Virus record (IMG/VR): IMGVR_UViG_3300032313_001394
Span: 64,001 to 128,000 of that record
Strand: one strand, 5' to 3'
From: a virus
Length of the DNA stretch: 64,000 nt
Part shown: one piece after another, positions 38,372-46,103 of the stretch
Numbering within the stretch: the stretch's first letter is position 1
Layout of the letters: every line of letters begins with the position of its first letter
Translations under genes and position numbers: made by a program
Notes under the pieces: generated by a model
Database searches by the model: none
What the model was told of the DNA's origin: nothing
What the model saw: the letters and a program-made list of their open reading frames with translations, nothing else

Positions 38372-38572
38372 TTATAAACTTCCAGACATTACTAGAGCAT
38401 TATGATTATGAATTTGGTTTCTAAATTCATCACTATTTAAATAAAGATGCATTGCTCTATTTACTAGTTTTTGAAAAAGAAATTTATTCTTAATCGATGC
38501 CATTTTAAATTCTTCGAAAATATCTCCGTGTACCTTTACACTTGTTAATATTAAATCTTTATTTTTTCCCAT
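38372..38572 (-). CDS. Small ribbon-helix-helix-like protein
   Basis: LTSVKV...FEEFK.......FQKLVNRAM. Confidence 0.5.
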   Translation of the reverse strand: MGKNKDLILTSVKVHGDIFEEFKMASIKNKFLFQKLVNRAMHLYLNSDEFRNQIHNHNALVMSGSL

Positions 38573-38607
38573 AGTGATATATTTTTATATTCGTATATAA
38601 ATATATG

Positions 38608-39564
38608 CTAAGATATGAGAGACAAATCTTTATCACAAAGTTCTTTACTGTCTTTAAAAGGGCACCATTGACATGATTCTTTAGATACATTTTTAATAAA
38701 ATTACCTTGTTTGTAACTTCCATCAGAATTAAAAGCACTCTCAATAAATAACTCAATATGATTAACTGCTTTATTTCGTTTACCTTTACCTGATGCGGGT
38801 TCAACAATTTGGATACGTTTTTGAGGAAAATCTAAATTTTCATACAACTTACGTTTTACAACAAAGAATTCAACATCTATATTTTCAGGATCGATTCCGT
38901 ATTGACGAGCAAAGAATTCTTTATAAATAATAATTTGCTGCATTTTAGTTTCGTCTTTCTTCTCTTTATCCTTCCATCCCATCTTAGATGTTTTAATATC
39001 AAATATTTTTATTTTATTTGTATTTTCATTATATAAAACAAAATCGATATAACCTTTTAAATATATATTTGGATATTTAGGATTAATTTTTTGTACTAAT
39101 GGCATTTCAATACCTACCAAATCCCACTTACGGGTACCAAAATATTCTGATTTATTCTTTTTGAAGTAATCTAAAATAGCTAATCCATCTTCATAATACT
39201 CTCTCATTTCTAAAGCAGATGAGAAATGGATTCCATTATTACTGTTTAATGTTTTTTTATACTCTTCAGAAAATGCATTTTGAAAGAAACCTTCAATATC
39301 TACTCTATCAGCAGCCGCTCCTGATTCATCAAACATTGTTTGAATATAATGTTGCATTGCTACGTGTACTGCAGTTCCGAAAACAGCAGCCATAGATGCT
39401 TGATATTTTTGTCTTCCATCCCTGTATTCTAAAGCCCAACGATGAGGACATTTCGAATATATTGAAAATTGAGAATATGAAATAGTTTTATCAAACTGAT
39501 AATTTATTTCCTTTATTGGTCTTTTTTGTATTTCTCTTACTAGGAGTGGAGTCGTTTTGGCCAT
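38608..39564 (-). CDS. PD-(D/E)XK nuclease, Cas4/AddB-like with an Fe-S staple
   Basis: SYSQ...Y.KCP, FGTAVH, GYID, DIKTS, Q...Y, CQWCPF......C. Confidence 0.85.
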   Translation of the reverse strand: MAKTTPLLVREIQKRPIKEINYQFDKTISYSQFSIYSKCPHRWALEYRDGRQKYQASMAAVFGTAVHVAMQHYIQTMFDESGAAADRVDIEGFFQNAFSEEYKKTLNSNNGIHFSSALEMREYYEDGLAILDYFKKNKSEYFGTRKWDLVGIEMPLVQKINPKYPNIYLKGYIDFVLYNENTNKIKIFDIKTSKMGWKDKEKKDETKMQQIIIYKEFFARQYGIDPENIDVEFFVVKRKLYENLDFPQKRIQIVEPASGKGKRNKAVNHIELFIESAFNSDGSYKQGNFIKNVSKESCQWCPFKDSKELCDKDLSLIS

Positions 39565-39937
39565 AACTGTTTAATATGTCTTTAAATTGATCGTTGCTTA
39601 ATAAAGCAAGATAATCATTTGCTTCTCGTTGCGACACTTGTAATAATAAAGATAACTTAGAAACTTTGTCTTTGTCAATTTTATTAGAAGCTGCTTTAGT
39701 ATATTTGAAATACTTTTTAGATTTAGGTAATAATGATAAATAAATATTATATACTTGTTCTGCATTTAAATCAGGAATGGCTTGCACTTCATTTACTAAA
39801 ATACAATACTCAGAACTCATAGATAAGTACCTATGTAGCATATAAACATTAATACTTTTAATTTCAGTATCAGTTAATTTGCTATAAGGTACTTTATCGT
39901 ATGATAAGTAATTTAATAATTTAAAAAATTCATTCAT
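39491..39937 (-). CDS. Clamp-loader small subunit (T4 gp62-like)
   Basis: YMLHRYLS, VNE, LPK.K.YFKY.K, VS.REA.DYL; close to the gp44-like gene. Confidence 0.7.
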   Translation of the reverse strand: MNEFFKLLNYLSYDKVPYSKLTDTEIKSINVYMLHRYLSMSSEYCILVNEVQAIPDLNAEQVYNIYLSLLPKSKKYFKYTKAASNKIDKDKVSKLSLLLQVSQREANDYLALLSNDQFKDILNSYGQNDSTPSKRNTKKTNKGNKLSV

Positions 39938-40215
39938 TATCGAACAATACTAAATGGTGATTTTTTAGGAGTTACATCTTCAACTGATGGTGCTTCATCA
40001 GCGGGTTTTGTTCTAGGTAAAAATTGAGCATTTACATGACCGCATTTAGCACAAGCAAAAACAGGAATAGGCATTACTCCATCTTGTTGAGTTCCGGTAA
40101 TAAAACGTGAAATACCACGTAACATTACTCCTTGATTAAATATGTTACTACTACATTTCTCACATGTAATCTCCGTAGTATCTTCGAGATTAACATTCAT
40201 TTGTTGTTGATTCAT
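39937..40215 (-). CDS. Zinc-ribbon protein
   Basis: CEKC...CAKCGH. Confidence 0.65.
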   Translation of the reverse strand: MNQQQMNVNLEDTTEITCEKCSSNIFNQGVMLRGISRFITGTQQDGVMPIPVFACAKCGHVNAQFLPRTKPADEAPSVEDVTPKKSPFSIVR

Positions 40216-40216
40216 A

Positions 40217-40594
40217 TTATTTTTTTCTATTATTTTTTATTACTTTTTTTATATATACTCGTTTTTCATTTTTAATTAATTCAGAGTAAAAGAATATAGT
40301 TATTGGAATAATAACAGAGACAACGTTCATTGCTACAAACTTTTGAGTAAATCCAATTTCAAACCAATAAGATAAAATATTAATTGACCATGAAATTAAG
40401 CCAAAGAATATAGCTGTATTTCTTCTACCAGCCATAGTAAAGATGAATATACTAGTTTCTAAAGAAATAGCAAATATCCAAGACATTATTTGTTCAAATA
40501 ATCCACCATTTGATAAAGTATAATATATATAGGATGCGTGGCTGATTTGAGTTAATAATGCAAATAAAATAGTTACTTTAATTAAATTTTTCAT
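40217..40594 (-). CDS. Four-TM membrane protein
   Basis: Four hydrophobic helices. Confidence 0.6.
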   Translation of the reverse strand: MKNLIKVTILFALLTQISHASYIYYTLSNGGLFEQIMSWIFAISLETSIFIFTMAGRRNTAIFFGLISWSINILSYWFEIGFTQKFVAMNVVSVIIPITIFFYSELIKNEKRVYIKKVIKNNRKK

Positions 40595-41481
40595 TATTTA
40601 ATTATGTTTATGATTGAGGCGATACACGCCATAAAATTGATTTCTTTATCCACGACTGTAGCGTGTTTGAATTGATATTCAGCTAACGTCATTGTAATTA
40701 AGCCATTATCTTTTCCTAATTCATCATATAACGCTCTATACATTGGTTCAAAGTCAGATATGTTATTATCTACTAAGTATTGTCTAACTGATTTGAATGC
40801 GTCTTTACCTTGGATTAACGAAACTACATCTGATATATCGAATTTAGTATCAATTTTAGTAATTACTAATTTGCCATCAATAGTGTGTTGTTGGGTTACA
40901 TTAATAATTTTACGGATATCTGGGTAGTATGGATTAATAATTCCAGCTAATTCAGACGGTTTGTATTCGATGTTTTCTGCATCCAATATACCTGCTAAAT
41001 GACGAGCAATCGATGGTTTAGATAGCGTTTCGATTTTAAACGCCTGGCATCTAGATTGTAATGGTTCAATAATACGCTCAACGTAGTTACATGTTAGAAT
41101 AAAACGTGTTTTAGCAGAAAACGTTTCAATTACATTACGTAATGATGCTTGAGCGTTAATAGTTAAATAATCTGATTCATCTAATATAACTACTTTTAGT
41201 GGTCTGAATGTAGATGTAGAGGCGAATGATTTTACTTTATCACGAATCGTATCAATACCATTTTCATCCGATGCATTAATATACATCATATCACAATCAA
41301 TATTTTGAGTGATTAATTTAGCGAGTGTTGTTTTACCAGTACCTGCTTTACCATATAATAATAAATGAGGAATATCATTTTTAGTAATCCAACTACCGAT
41401 TGTAGTTTTTAATTCTGAATTACCAATATATTGATCTAATGTTTGTGAACGGTACTTTTCAGTCCAAAGAGTATGTTGCAT
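40594..41481 (-). CDS. Clamp-loader ATPase (RFC / T4 gp44-like)
   Basis: WTEKYR, PHLLLYGKAGTGKT, NASD..GID, ILDESD, SRC motif. Confidence 0.92.
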   Translation of the reverse strand: MQHTLWTEKYRSQTLDQYIGNSELKTTIGSWITKNDIPHLLLYGKAGTGKTTLAKLITQNIDCDMMYINASDENGIDTIRDKVKSFASTSTFRPLKVVILDESDYLTINAQASLRNVIETFSAKTRFILTCNYVERIIEPLQSRCQAFKIETLSKPSIARHLAGILDAENIEYKPSELAGIINPYYPDIRKIINVTQQHTIDGKLVITKIDTKFDISDVVSLIQGKDAFKSVRQYLVDNNISDFEPMYRALYDELGKDNGLITMTLAEYQFKHATVVDKEINFMACIASIINIIK

Positions 41482-41483
41482 AA

Positions 41484-41633
41484 TTAATTACCTGGTATAT
41501 TATATTTTTCATGAATATGATTAAGAAATTTTAATTTATCAATCGTATCTTCTAATATAGCGATCTTTTCTTTTAGTAAAGCGTTTTCTTCTAAAGCGCG
41601 TTCTAATTGTAATTTTACTGTCTTTACTGTCAT
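41484..41633 (-). CDS. Small coiled-coil protein (49 aa, not in ORF track)
   Basis: MTVKTVKLQLERALEENALLKEKIAILEDTIDKL... Confidence 0.5.
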   Translation of the reverse strand: MTVKTVKLQLERALEENALLKEKIAILEDTIDKLKFLNHIHEKYNIPGN

Positions 41634-41648
41634 AACATTTATTTTAAG

Positions 41649-41723
41649 TGGACCAGGTAGGGATCGAACCTACGACCTACTGATTATGAGTCAGTTGCTA
41701 CTAACCTACTGAGCTACAAGTCC
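41649..41723 (-). tRNA. tRNA with CAT anticodon, probably Ile2 (lysidine type); Met not excluded
   Basis: GGACTTG/CTGGTCC acceptor, ACTGA-CTCATAA-TCAGT, GTAGG-TTCGATC-CCTAC; discriminator A; CCA not encoded. Confidence 0.9.
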
Positions 41724-41727
41724 AAAA

Positions 41728-41849
41728 TTAGAGGTTTAACACTAGGATTGCCTCCATCCTATCCAACCAACGATTTGGCCCAATTCCTAAGCGAGCAGAT
41801 CTTACGGTATGCCGGTGGTGTCTTCGATCTAGTCGCGCACTAGCGTCTG
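41728..41849 (-). ncRNA. Putative structured RNA between the two tRNA genes
   Basis: GC-rich island in an AT-rich genome; hairpins CTAG/CTAG, CCAA/TTGG, TAGGAT/ATCCTA; possible pseudoknot GAGG/CCTC. Confidence 0.45.
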
Positions 41850-41991
41850 CTGTAGTGGGTGGAGTCGAACCACCAAGAGGCAATTAGGTTAAGGACATTG
41901 CTAGCTTGTGGTCAACCCATTATCCTTACTTTATTTTGTTATCCTCGCCCCCGAGACAGGAGGGTGCGTCTGCCAATTTCGCCACGCTACA
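41850..41991 (-). tRNA. Atypical 142-nt tRNA-Asp(GTC)-like RNA with a 73-nt variable arm
   Basis: TGTAGCG/CACTACA acceptor with G73, class-II D arm, CCCTC-CTGTCTC-GGGGG, T arm GGTGG-TTCGACT-CCACC. Confidence 0.8.
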
Positions 41992-41996
41992 ATCTT

Positions 41997-42416
41997 TTAC
42001 TCTAAATCTAATTCTAATTGATTAGCCGTATAATTTACAGTACTTCCACTTACATGCCCATATGCGGTTGAAGTTGTTGTTAAAGTAAATGGTGGTTGCG
42101 CTCTTGTTACACTTAAATTCTGTATGAAATCATCTGTTACAATAACACCACTACCACTAGTAGTACCACTACCATAAGTTACTTTAGTGTCTGTTTTACC
42201 TGCTTTATATGGATTTACATAATGTGGGCGTTGCCAATTTGGTGCAGTATCAGGAACAACCCATCCACCTTCACCAATAGGTGAACCAAAATCAGGACAG
42301 TCTTTAATTTTATCCAATTCCGAAACAATGGTTTCCCATTGCTTCGGTGTTGGTCCTTCTTCATTAACTGCTTTAACAAAACCTTTAAGCCAATAAATAA
42401 ATTGCTCCTTATTCAT
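41997..42416 (-). CDS. Phage hypothetical protein
   Basis: EQF.YWL.GF......PT.KQW..I motif; probable start 42416. Confidence 0.65.
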   Translation of the reverse strand: MNKEQFIYWLKGFVKAVNEEGPTPKQWETIVSELDKIKDCPDFGSPIGEGGWVVPDTAPNWQRPHYVNPYKAGKTDTKVTYGSGTTSGSGVIVTDDFIQNLSVTRAQPPFTLTTTSTAYGHVSGSTVNYTANQLELDLE

Positions 42417-44043
42417 ACATTCCTGGTCCATAATTCATTGCTGAATTATCATTTTTTTCTTTTTCAGGCTCTTCATATACAATTGCCTCTGTAATAAGTA
42501 TTGTACCTGCAACTGATACTGCATTCTCTAATGCTAAACGAGTAACTTTTGTTGGATCAATAATACCGTTTTCAACTAAATTAACAATTGATTTTGATTT
42601 TAAATCATAACCATTTGTTGTTTCAGATAATACAACTGAATTAGCTAACATCCATGTTTCTGTTTCTTCGTACCCAGCATTAGTTAGAATTTTAATAAAT
42701 GGGGCTAAACAGGCTTTACGAACAATTTGACGACCTAATTCTAAGTTTGCTGTTTCGTATTCTGTATCTAATTTTTTACGAGCATGTAATAATGCTGATC
42801 CACCTCCTGCTACAATACCTTCTTGTAAAGCTGCTTTAGTTGCATGTAATGCATCATCAACCCGATCCTTTTTCTCTTTCATTTCAACCTCAGTTGGAGC
42901 ACCGATATTGATAATTGCTACTCCACCTGTTAATTTACCTAAACGTTCTTGTAATTTTTCACGTTCAAAGAATGAAGTTGCTTTATCGATTTGAGATTTT
43001 AATTCTTCAATACGAGACTCAATTGATTCTTTTCCACCTTTACCATCTACAATTGTAGTTGTTTCTTTAGCTACTGTAACTAAACGAGCAGTTCCTAACC
43101 AATCTGAATTAAATTTATCTAAACGCATTCCTTTTTCAGGCGATACTACTGTTCCACCTGTTAAAACAGCAATATCTTCTAAGATATGTAAACGACGATC
43201 TCCAAAATCAGGTGCTTTAACAGCACATACTTTTAAAATCTGTCTCATTTTATTTACTAATAAAGTAGATAAAGCTTCACCATCAATATCTTCTGCAATA
43301 ATCAATAATGGAGAACTTGCTTGTGAACAACCTTCAAGTAATGGTAATAAATCTTTAACGGCAGTTAAACGACCATTAAAAATTAAAATTTTAGGATCGT
43401 TCAATGTACAAGTCATAGCATCATTATTTGTAACGAAATACATCGACTTATAACCTTTATCAAACTGAATACCTTCAACAATATCTAAACTAGTTTCACC
43501 AATTTTACTTTCTTCAACAGTTACTACCCCATCAGCACCTACTGCTTTCATTGCTTCAGAAATTAATGTACCAATTTCTTTATCACCATTTGCTGAAATA
43601 ACAGCTACTTGATGAATTTGATCATCTGAAGTAATATCTTGTGATATTTCTTTTAGATTATCGATAACTTCTTTAGCTGCTTTTTCAATACCACGTTTTA
43701 CTTCTACTGCATTTGAACCAGCTTTAATAGCATTAAAACCATATTCAACCATCTCAGAGGCAAGTAAAGTAGTAGTTGTAGTACCGTCACCAGCTAAGTC
43801 AGCTGTTTTAATTGCTGCTTGTTTTAAAATTTGAGCACCAACATTCTCGATTGGATCTTTTAATGAGATAGATTTTGCAACCGTAACTCCATCTTTTGTT
43901 GATGTTGGATTACCACCTTGGTTTTCAATAATTACATTACGACCATTTGGTCCTAATGTAGCCGTAACTGCGTCAGATAATTTTTTGACACCTTTTAATA
44001 AGCTGGTCTTTGCTTCTTGATTAAATACAATCTGTTTATTCAT
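42409..44043 (-). CDS. groEL: Chaperonin GroEL
   Basis: TLGPNGRNV, TKDGVTVA, GDGTTT, KAP.FGDRR, EKKDRVDDAL, GGG. Confidence 0.97.
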   Translation of the reverse strand: MNKQIVFNQEAKTSLLKGVKKLSDAVTATLGPNGRNVIIENQGGNPTSTKDGVTVAKSISLKDPIENVGAQILKQAAIKTADLAGDGTTTTTLLASEMVEYGFNAIKAGSNAVEVKRGIEKAAKEVIDNLKEISQDITSDDQIHQVAVISANGDKEIGTLISEAMKAVGADGVVTVEESKIGETSLDIVEGIQFDKGYKSMYFVTNNDAMTCTLNDPKILIFNGRLTAVKDLLPLLEGCSQASSPLLIIAEDIDGEALSTLLVNKMRQILKVCAVKAPDFGDRRLHILEDIAVLTGGTVVSPEKGMRLDKFNSDWLGTARLVTVAKETTTIVDGKGGKESIESRIEELKSQIDKATSFFEREKLQERLGKLTGGVAIINIGAPTEVEMKEKKDRVDDALHATKAALQEGIVAGGGSALLHARKKLDTEYETANLELGRQIVRKACLAPFIKILTNAGYEETETWMLANSVVLSETTNGYDLKSKSIVNLVENGIIDPTKVTRLALENAVSVAGTILITEAIVYEEPEKEKNDNSAMNYGPGMYE

Positions 44044-44332
44044 TTTCGTTTGGAATTAAAGCTAAAACATTTCTTTCACCTGTCACTAGATATTCTACCC
44101 CATCATATTCTACTCGTACAGGGCCAATTTTAGGTAGAACTACTTTATCGCCTATTTTAAATGATGTAGGAATTAATACTCCATTATCATTAGTGCGACC
44201 TGGTCCTACATCTACAATAATTCCGATGTGAGGCATTTCTTTACCCATATCTGGGATGACAATAGAACCGTACATTTTATCTTCGGTATCTTCTTGTTTA
44301 ATTACAATGTTATCAAATACTGCTTTGATCAT
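44036..44332 (-). CDS. groES: Co-chaperonin GroES
   Basis: GSIVIPD mobile loop, VDVGPG, KIGDKV; adjacent to groEL. Confidence 0.92.
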   Translation of the reverse strand: MIKAVFDNIVIKQEDTEDKMYGSIVIPDMGKEMPHIGIIVDVGPGRTNDNGVLIPTSFKIGDKVVLPKIGPVRVEYDGVEYLVTGERNVLALIPNENE

Positions 44333-44625
44333 AATGATAATAAATTTTTAATTTGAGTTTTAGTATCAGAATATTCATTAATAAATTCATTTAATGAATA
44401 ATTTTGTTTTTTACTTGCGATTTGGTATTGAATAATTTTATTTACAGCAGATGATAATTCGGTAAAACTACCCATAAACCCACTTGTAGGTTTAGTTGAA
44501 TCTACTACTGTGTAGCTGTATTCATCTACCTGAATTTCATATGGTGCAATTAATGCATCAGAAATAATGGATTGTGATTTTGTTTGGCCCTTAACACGAC
44601 CAAATGTTCTTTTTTCTTCCGACAT
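44329..44625 (-). CDS. Hypothetical protein
   Basis: 98 aa; promoter motif at 44648. Confidence 0.6.
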   Translation of the reverse strand: MSEEKRTFGRVKGQTKSQSIISDALIAPYEIQVDEYSYTVVDSTKPTSGFMGSFTELSSAVNKIIQYQIASKKQNYSLNEFINEYSDTKTQIKNLLSL

Positions 44626-44699
44626 AACTTTTATTTTATTTTGTACTAATAATATAACTAAGAAAATTATGATTTCCTACTTTATATATATAAATATAC

Positions 44700-45416
44700 C
44701 TAAGTTTGAGAAGCCATAATAAAGTATTGAGAAATTACATCACCTTCAGAAAACATTAAATGCATTAATCCATCTCCATTTACTTTCATTTCAGCATTAT
44801 CAAAGTTTTTATTAGTTGCTAATATTTCTTTTAATACATCTGATGGAAATAATAATGAAGTAAATGGAAATCCTTCAGTTACTGCCGGTATATTAAATTC
44901 TAATTTATTAGCATATCCTGATGGATCACCTAATATAATACGAGCAGTATTAGTTTGTGGTTCTAATGTGAATGTTTTAATATCGGATCCCAATGCTTTT
45001 TTACAATCAATAAATCGAGTAACGAAATCAGGTTCCATAACATATGTTAACTGATAATCAATATCTATAACATTAGGTGTTTTGGGAATTAATGAAATAT
45101 CAGATAATGAAAACATCATTTTATACTGATTATCTTCAATTAGTAATTTTTCTACAATATTAGATGTAACTTTATACTGAATATCAATATTAGTATCTAA
45201 AATATTTAGTAGTTTTAATAATGGAGATGTTTCAAATATACCAAATTCAGCATCAGGTAATTCAATTGGTAATGCAATTTCACCTACTACATCACGATTA
45301 GTTGTAGAAAATGGAATAACTAATACATTGTTTTTAATGTTGAACTTGACTGCTTCAGTCAGTCCATTCAGATAATATTTTTCAATACTATCTACTAATT
45401 TACGTTTATCGATCAT
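44700..45416 (-). CDS. DNA sliding clamp (T4 gp45-like)
   Basis: 238 aa, two alpha/beta domains; EFGIFE...LL.LL; GLMHL.F near the C-terminus; lies between PolB and the clamp loader. Confidence 0.7.
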   Translation of the reverse strand: MIDKRKLVDSIEKYYLNGLTEAVKFNIKNNVLVIPFSTTNRDVVGEIALPIELPDAEFGIFETSPLLKLLNILDTNIDIQYKVTSNIVEKLLIEDNQYKMMFSLSDISLIPKTPNVIDIDYQLTYVMEPDFVTRFIDCKKALGSDIKTFTLEPQTNTARIILGDPSGYANKLEFNIPAVTEGFPFTSLLFPSDVLKEILATNKNFDNAEMKVNGDGLMHLMFSEGDVISQYFIMASQT

Positions 45417-45438
45417 AACCTTAATTTAATAAAGAAAT

Positions 45439-46083
45439 TTAGTTTAGCTTTAAAAGCATACCAATTCCCATATAAGCATTTGGACGCATAGAACCTTCAT
45501 GTACATTACCACCAACTTGTAATTGAAGTAAATTATCATTTAATGATTTACGAACAATTGATAACCCAAATGATTGGAAGGGTTGTGTAAAGTTTGTAGT
45601 CATATGTGGTCCCATATACCATTGTATTGTTTTTGGTCGATATACCTCTACAATTCGTTCCTTAATTTTTGGTTTTACATCTGCAATCCATCTTCTACTT
45701 ACTAGGCGATTATGTGAAATTGTATCTGTAATTATAACATTGCCAACACCTTCTTCTAATGTTAGTACTTCTCTATGTACATTCTTTGGATAGTATTGTT
45801 GCAGAATAGCAACAGTATCTAATGCTGTTGGAGCAGTTGGTACATTTACTAGTTTATACTCAATTTGTGGAACTTTTACAATCTGTGGTTTTGATTTTTT
45901 AATCTTTACCTGTGGTACATATTTAATTTGAGTAACATTAATTGTTTGAGGTTGTTTTATTGGAATTACTTTAGATACGGTAGCAACTCCGTTCTTATAT
46001 GTTTTAATAATAATAAATTTTTGTTTTTGGCCAAACGCTGACACTCCCATCAGCATTAGTAATAGTATGTATAACTTTTTCAT
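45439..46083 (-). CDS. Secreted/envelope protein with C-terminal beta-strands
   Basis: Signal peptide (VSAFG-Q); amphipathic C-terminal strands; TATATTTATA upstream. Confidence 0.55.
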   Translation of the reverse strand: MKKLYILLLMLMGVSAFGQKQKFIIIKTYKNGVATVSKVIPIKQPQTINVTQIKYVPQVKIKKSKPQIVKVPQIEYKLVNVPTAPTALDTVAILQQYYPKNVHREVLTLEEGVGNVIITDTISHNRLVSRRWIADVKPKIKERIVEVYRPKTIQWYMGPHMTTNFTQPFQSFGLSIVRKSLNDNLLQLQVGGNVHEGSMRPNAYMGIGMLLKLN

Positions 46084-46103
46084 CGTATATAAATATATAT
46101 TTT

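Noticed and set aside
38608-39564. Cas4-like nuclease as evidence of a CRISPR system
   Set aside because: No array or cas1/cas2 in the window; solo Cas4-like nucleases are common in phage replication modules
41850-41991. Giant tRNA as tmRNA, tRNA-Sec or a group I intron-containing tRNA
   Set aside because: It has an anticodon arm and no G3:U70 pair (not tmRNA), a GTC anticodon with a 7-bp acceptor (not Sec), and the 73-nt insert is too short for a group I intron and is not in the anticodon loop
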